From: Yuukianura sp. NJ FZ-2021
Lineage: Eukaryota
Direction of reading: 5' to 3'
Assembly: GCA_046563655.1 (NCBI GenBank)
Contig: CM102284.1
Coordinates: 8,928,001-8,992,000, forward strand
Length of the DNA: 64,000 nucleotides
Shown: positions 49,025-64,000 of the stretch, piece by piece
How the letters are laid out: the number at the start of each line of letters is the position of its first letter
How positions within the stretch are numbered: the stretch's first letter is position 1
Notes under the pieces: generated by a model
The model's database searches: none
Seen by the model: only the letters and a program-made list of their open reading frames with translations
What the model was told of the DNA's origin: nothing
Position numbers and translations under genes: made by a program

Positions 49025-51061
49025 TTCATTTCAGTTCGTGTCAGGCACCAATCAGCGTCAGAGAATGTTTCAGAAGCTCCTTAATTTTGTGTTTGTCTAT
49101 TCAAAAACTAACGTTATTTAGAAAATTGGCGTTGTTTAAACCTGTAATTTGGGAAGGTCATTGACCCCAAAGTGTCATCTTGTCTCATGGAGCGTAGAGT
49201 TTAAGCTACTGAATTATTCATTTGTTAAATTATGGATTCAGTTAATTGCTTCAGTTAAGTCAGAAGTGGCAGGTTAGCCTATCCTTTAGCATAGAACTCC
49301 ACTTATTGTGAGACTAACCTTTGGACAAGTCCAAAAACATAACTTTGGCTTTAGGCATGACAAAACTGCAAATAGGAACCCTCCAGAAGATCCTGGACTT
49401 AGGACGTAGCATTCCTGAAGCCAAAGGTTAGTGGTCCATAAAACGGGGAGGAAAAAGAGAATTATAGGACCATTTACGCTCGCTTTTCGATGGACAAAAC
49501 CGGATTCCAGGACTGCTCCAGTTTTTAGAACAAAAAATTCTAGAAAAGCCTACCCTAGTACTTACTGGCAGCATATACTGGCAGTATATGGTGAAAATGC
49601 TGGCGAAGTTTAGTAGTTCGATGGAGTCGGAGTGACATGAAATAAACTGGAAAAAGGACTAGAAACATTAATACTGAACAGTCGTTAGGGATTGGGAATT
49701 GAAGACAAAGCGACACATACTGCCCCTTTCTCCTGCCCCCCCCCCCTCCCTCCACACCAAGAAGGGTGGGGGGTCCAGGAAATACCCCCCCCCATCTCCG
49801 AACGGGAGGGGGGTCCAGGACCAGTCCATAAATACTTGTATGACTCCATCTGTTGTTGCAGGGGCCTTCCAGCATCTAAGGGGTCCTCCAGGGATATGCT
49901 GGAGTCTCCATTTACAATTCCTAAGCATTCCAATACAGTAAATCAATAGCATCAAATACCAAAATCCACCGCCACCACGCCTTTTTAACGTACTCGACCA
50001 AGAAACCGATACTTTCACGTAATACTTTCAAGCGGCAAGGGCGGGAGAAAGTAAAAATATAAAAAAAAAGGAAAGAAAAAGTAGGATTTCAAAAACAGAT
50101 TTGTCTCAATTTGAAACTTTAAATTGTTTCCGGCTTTCTAAATTTTGATTACATTTCAGTGTGAGATTGGAGAAAGTCGTGAAAGCCAAGCCCAAAGGTT
50201 ATTCCATTTCGTACATTTTGAAAAAAGTTTCCTTGTTTAAAAATTCTCTGTTTTGAAAAGTTAGTGCTGAGGATGACGTGACCTTGACCTTGGGTGGCCT
50301 CAAGTGCGTCTTCTAATTCAATTTGGACGTTAACTTTGGTAGTTTGGGAAAAGAAGAGAGAGACTCTTGACAGGATTCCAGCAGGGGAATTTCATCTTCC
50401 TCCCAAAAAGAGACTTTTCTCCACATGTTCATATTTTGTGGACAGACACTTTCACCCAAGTTCAAAGGAGAAAGTAGTTACTCCCTCCACTGCAGTTACT
50501 CCCTTCACTGTACTTACTCCCTCCACTGCCTCTGTTCAAGTAGCCTCTCTTGGCTACATTTCCAGCTCTGAAAAAGACAGGAACAGACGCATCTGCTCCG
50601 TAACTCACATGAATTCTAACGTAAAAGTCTCTAGCAGGTCACGAAGGATCTTCATTCCACCACGAGCAGCCTTTCCAAAAGCATCTCCTCCCAAAAATTT
50701 CAAAAAACTGTGTTTTCAAAACAGAAACACTAGAAATCCGCAGCAAAAATTTCAAAAAACTGAGTTTTCAAAACAAAAACACTCGCAATCTGCAGCAAAA
50801 CTCCGAAGAATTCAAAATTTTGAGTTAAAAAAATTCATTTTTGCGGAGAAAGTTGAAACAGTTGGGTTAGAAATTCAAAAGTTGAGATGAAGTGAAAACT
50901 TCAAAGTGAAAATCAAAAACTCCAATTTTTCCAAACTTGAAATCAAAAGACCAATTTTCTCATTTTTTTCAAATTCTACTCCAAAGGAACCTTGATTTTG
51001 AAAAAGAAACTAAAAATTTCTTGTTTTCTTTCGCCTCACTCCGAAATCCGAGTCACGGACA

Positions 51062-60372
<9,311 letters not shown>

Positions 60373-62462
60373 AAGTAGCGATAAAGTCAAGAAGAAAAGA
60401 AAATTGAAGAAAATTCCTGAAGAAAATTGAAAAGTTGGAAAATTTCAAAAAAAAATGCAAAATTCGAAGATTTTTCTTGAAATTAGTTCAAACTTAAACA
60501 TTGTGTGTGTCTTTTTGCGTTGATCTTTTTGACCTGCTAACTTGTGGCGTTGACCATTTTAACTTGTAGGTTGACTTTGACCTTGTGGTTGACCTTTTGA
60601 CCTGCCTAAATTACTCAGGAAAGTACTAAACTTTACCAAGAAATTCTTTAAACAAATTATTGCGCTTTCATCCTCTCTGGAGTACCAATTTAAACTTCTT
60701 AAGTAAATCTACACTAACTAGAACACATATCAATTCAAAATTTAACAAAAAACTTAATTATAGTTGAATTATATTTAACACAAATTATAAATTGTATTAA
60801 TCCAATTAATTAGTTAGAATGTAATAGAATCCTCATATATGTCAATTCCACTTTCTCTTTCATCTTCAAATCTCCCGAAATCCTGGAATACTCAAATGAA
60901 CTTTCAGAATTTCAGTTTCAAATTTTGACTCATTTTGATTAGAAAGTAAAGAGATCTTTTGAAAATGTAGTTTTGAAATGGTTTGCTTTTGGTCCAGAGT
61001 TGTAAAGGTGCTTGTTCGTAATTACTATATTTTAGTCTGCTCTAAGTCCAAAATGAAAGTGACATGAAAGAGAAGAGGCTGGAGAGGAAATGGACACTTT
61101 AATTTTATGTGACACTCACATATGGACCAGAGGGACCTTTTCACCCATTCTACTGTGTGTCAAAGGTAAAGTCTTTCTGGAGACAACAGCTTCCGGCACC
61201 ATCATAAGCTCAAACAAGAAAGGAAACACAAAAGGACGACGCAGAGGGAGTAACTTTTCATGTTTTCATTATGAGAATTTCAAAAAGAAAATTTGAAAAA
61301 AAAAAGTTATGGCTAACCATTTTGGTGGTTGGATTTTTGCCCCCGGAGAAAGTCGTAAAAAATTTAATCTTTTTTCAAAATTCCAAGCTACATGCTACAA
61401 ATTCCGTTAAAAACAAAGAAAAAACACACTAAAATCTGCAAATTGAGAATCAACTTGAAATTTCTAAAATTCAGTTCATGGATTTTGAAAAATTATGTAG
61501 GCGGCTCGGAAGGAAGCGAAGAAAGGGCGGAAATCTCCAATCTTTTTTTGGAAAGCAAAAAAGCAGGAAGTGATGCTCTACTGGTCGTCAAGGATTTTTG
61601 GTGTCTCCGTTGCCTAGCAACCAACTGAAAGGAAATTCCCGTTTCCTATTACGTTAGGCCGCTTTCCTACAAAGCTTACGTTAGTTTTCTACTGTGTTAT
61701 GTTAGAGAATAGGTGGATTTGGAGCATTTAGAACGTAGGAGGTTTAGCTCTAAGCGTTTTTGTTGCCGTGTTCTTAATGATGAGAAATCGAAATCTGCTG
61801 GAAGCTAAGATGCTTTCACCACTGTGCAAATAAAAGGCGTGCTTTCTCCTCTTTTTCTTTGATCCTTGCACAAGTAATCTCCTAAGATCCTTATTATATT
61901 CCTTTACAAATGGTCATAATTCCAACAAATTCTCACTCTAAACATCATCTTCATCACTTTTCATTCAAAATCTCTTTACTCCTTTCTCAACTTTCCCCAT
62001 TTCCAGCATCATTTAGCAACCATAATTGCGTCATTTTCACTCCCAAATCCACTTTCTGTGCCAACAGAAGACATTAGGATGACGACTTTCTCTCATCAAA
62101 ATTTCCATAAAATTTTGGCAAAAGCTTCACCATCACCCTCTTTGGTTTTTGTAATCAGGAATTAATGGTCCAACGTCCTCAAATTTACATCGAATAAATT
62201 AAGGTTACGACCACTTTACACTTTCCCTTAAACACAAAACCTATTTTTAGGCTAAGGAATTTTCCCCAACCTAATCTCAACCTAAAAATCAATTCCGCGA
62301 AAGATTCAAAATTTCTTCAACTTTTCGGAAACTCCAAATTTTCTCAGTTTTCAAACTTTCTCTAATCCTTCAAACGGTAACTAAAACTTTTGTAGCGAAA
62401 CTACGACAAAAGTGAACTTTTTTTTTTTGAAGTTGTAAATTTTCAAAAAACCTTTGTAATAA

Positions 62463-62655
62463 TTTGTCTATTTTTAGAAGGCACTTTGTTTTTGTAGTTT
62501 TTTCGCTACGCTTATAGAAATACTCAGTTTTTCAAAAATACTTTCTCAATTTAGTTTGTATACAAAATTTCACAAAATTGATCATTTCTCGGTTAACACA
62601 ATAAAGAGACTGAAATTTTTTCAAATTTGAAAAGTGCCTTCTAAAAATAGACAAA
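62463..62655. mobile_element. Putative MITE / foldback element (193 bp)
   Basis: Perfect 25-bp inverted repeat: TTTGTCTATTTTTAGAAGGCACTTT (62463-62487) and AAAGTGCCTTCTAAAAATAGACAAA (62631-62655). Confidence 0.6.
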
Positions 62656-64000
62656 CTAGTTTGAAATTTTGAAATTTTGGGCATAAGTTGAGGCTAGGCT
62701 GATGTTAAGTTTTAGAATAATTGAAATAAGTAGCAGTTGAGGTTGATTGTTGTTTTAATTGAAGTTTACTTTGAAGTGGGAACTTTAGGCTGCTTGATTC
62801 TAGTGAGAGTGATTCTAATTAATTAATTAATTGTGTTTGGATTAAGACTGAGAGTGGGACAAAGGGAGAGGGACTTAAGGGAGTGCAGGAGAAAGTGGAG
62901 CGGTGAAAGTGCTCGTGGTGCCTAATGATCCAGAACTTCTGGATTTCCTCTCGAAAAGACTCTATGAGTTCTCTTCTAATATTTGCTTTCTTCCCACAGC
63001 CTTTCCGGAAAAACCTTGTTTTCACTTTCACTTTTCCCTCTCTTTTCGTTTTTCAAAAAAAAGAGAGGGAAACACGGAAGACGAGAGAAAGGGTTGTTTA
63101 AAGATTTAACACGTTTCACAACACAAAATTTTCACCTGAACTCTATCCGTTCCGCTGCAGGCTTAACTTAAGATCAATACAATATCAAAAAAATTGGAAA
63201 AAATTTTTTTGTTGGAGAAAATTTTGTAGGAATTTTGAAAACCTAATCTCCTGTTCATAAGCTCCTGGCTTAAAACTTCGTTCAAACTCACATAAGAAGG
63301 TAAAATCATATTCAACTTTCACTTTTTCGAAAAAGGAGAAAAGTTAATTGAATTTTGAAAGTTGAGGAAAGGCTGGGAGGAAGACTGTAGTTTAGCATAG
63401 ACTAATTTCCTCCGCAACTGCACTGCACTTTTTTTTTAATTTTAGCCAAAAAAGTAAGAAGATGAAGAAAATTTGTTAAACTTTCTCTTTCTTATGGAAA
63501 TTTTGTTACTTCTTTCCTTTATCCCTCCACCAACTGACACTAACTTCCACTTCGCTCGAAGAAAGCTAAGCTCAAGAGAACTTCAACCACTGACGTCATT
63601 CTCCTAATCATTTTTCATTTCCTTTTTCAAAATTTCGAAATTTAAGTTTGTCCTAATTTTAAATTTAGCAGTTTCCCTAACTTCCTGTTTTTTGTCTCTT
63701 TTTTAAACCTACTAAAAAATTTCCTCTCTAAAAAAGTGAAAGTCTGCTACAAATAAGAGAAGCTTTTGTTTTCCTGAGTTTTATTAATTTCGAACAGAAC
63801 TTTTTCTGAAACTGACATTTTAATTGTTTTCGTTTTTTGAAAATTGAATTACTTCTTTTGTGTTTACTGAGCTGAAAATGAAATGAACAAAGAAGAATTC
63901 GCATTGTATCAAAATCGGACTGACGAAATCCGAATTCCTTTTGTAATCAACCAGCGATTTGTAAAAAAAATTTGGTTTTCAAAAAAAATTCTTTTGCTTT

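Noticed and set aside
50294-50890. 198-aa ORF upstream of TMEM151
   Set aside because: It has a non-ATG start, no recognisable domain and a repeat-like second half. It is probably UTR or intergenic.

Overview
This is eukaryotic, gene-dense, AT-rich genomic DNA with many short GT-AG introns. The gene content points to an arthropod; a springtail or other basal hexapod is plausible, but that is inference only. Genes were reconstructed by hand from the ORF track and splice signals. In order: a divergent hnRNP K-like KH gene; five tandem AA15-type lytic polysaccharide monooxygenase (LPMO) genes, interleaved with a pacifastin-like peptide gene, a SPAG1-like gene lacking TPRs and a very acidic secreted protein; a Piwi/Aubergine gene with an intact slicer tetrad; a non-catalytic neuroligin-like gene; TUBGCP5; a 4-TM MARVEL-like gene; two recently duplicated CYP2-clan P450s; an orphan gene; a two-Ig membrane protein; ASNSD1; a GT8 glucoside xylosyltransferase; and a TMEM151 homologue spanning about 9 kb. 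The main leads are: (1) the exact nuclear-receptor DR1 13-mer AGGTCAAAGGTCA occurs at least 14 times, in introns, promoters and coding exons; (2) the five LPMOs have diverged around the copper site, in disulfides, in C-terminal tails and in intron positions, and one has two perfect IR1 (EcRE-type) palindromes in an intron; (3) both P450s lack the I-helix acidic residue, and their duplication copied a neighbour's promoter so that it points antisense into one CYP; (4) the TPR-less SPAG1-like gene has an RFX X-box upstream. Several apparent single-base homopolymer frameshifts may be assembly errors. No rRNA, tRNA, CRISPR array or autonomous transposon was recognised.
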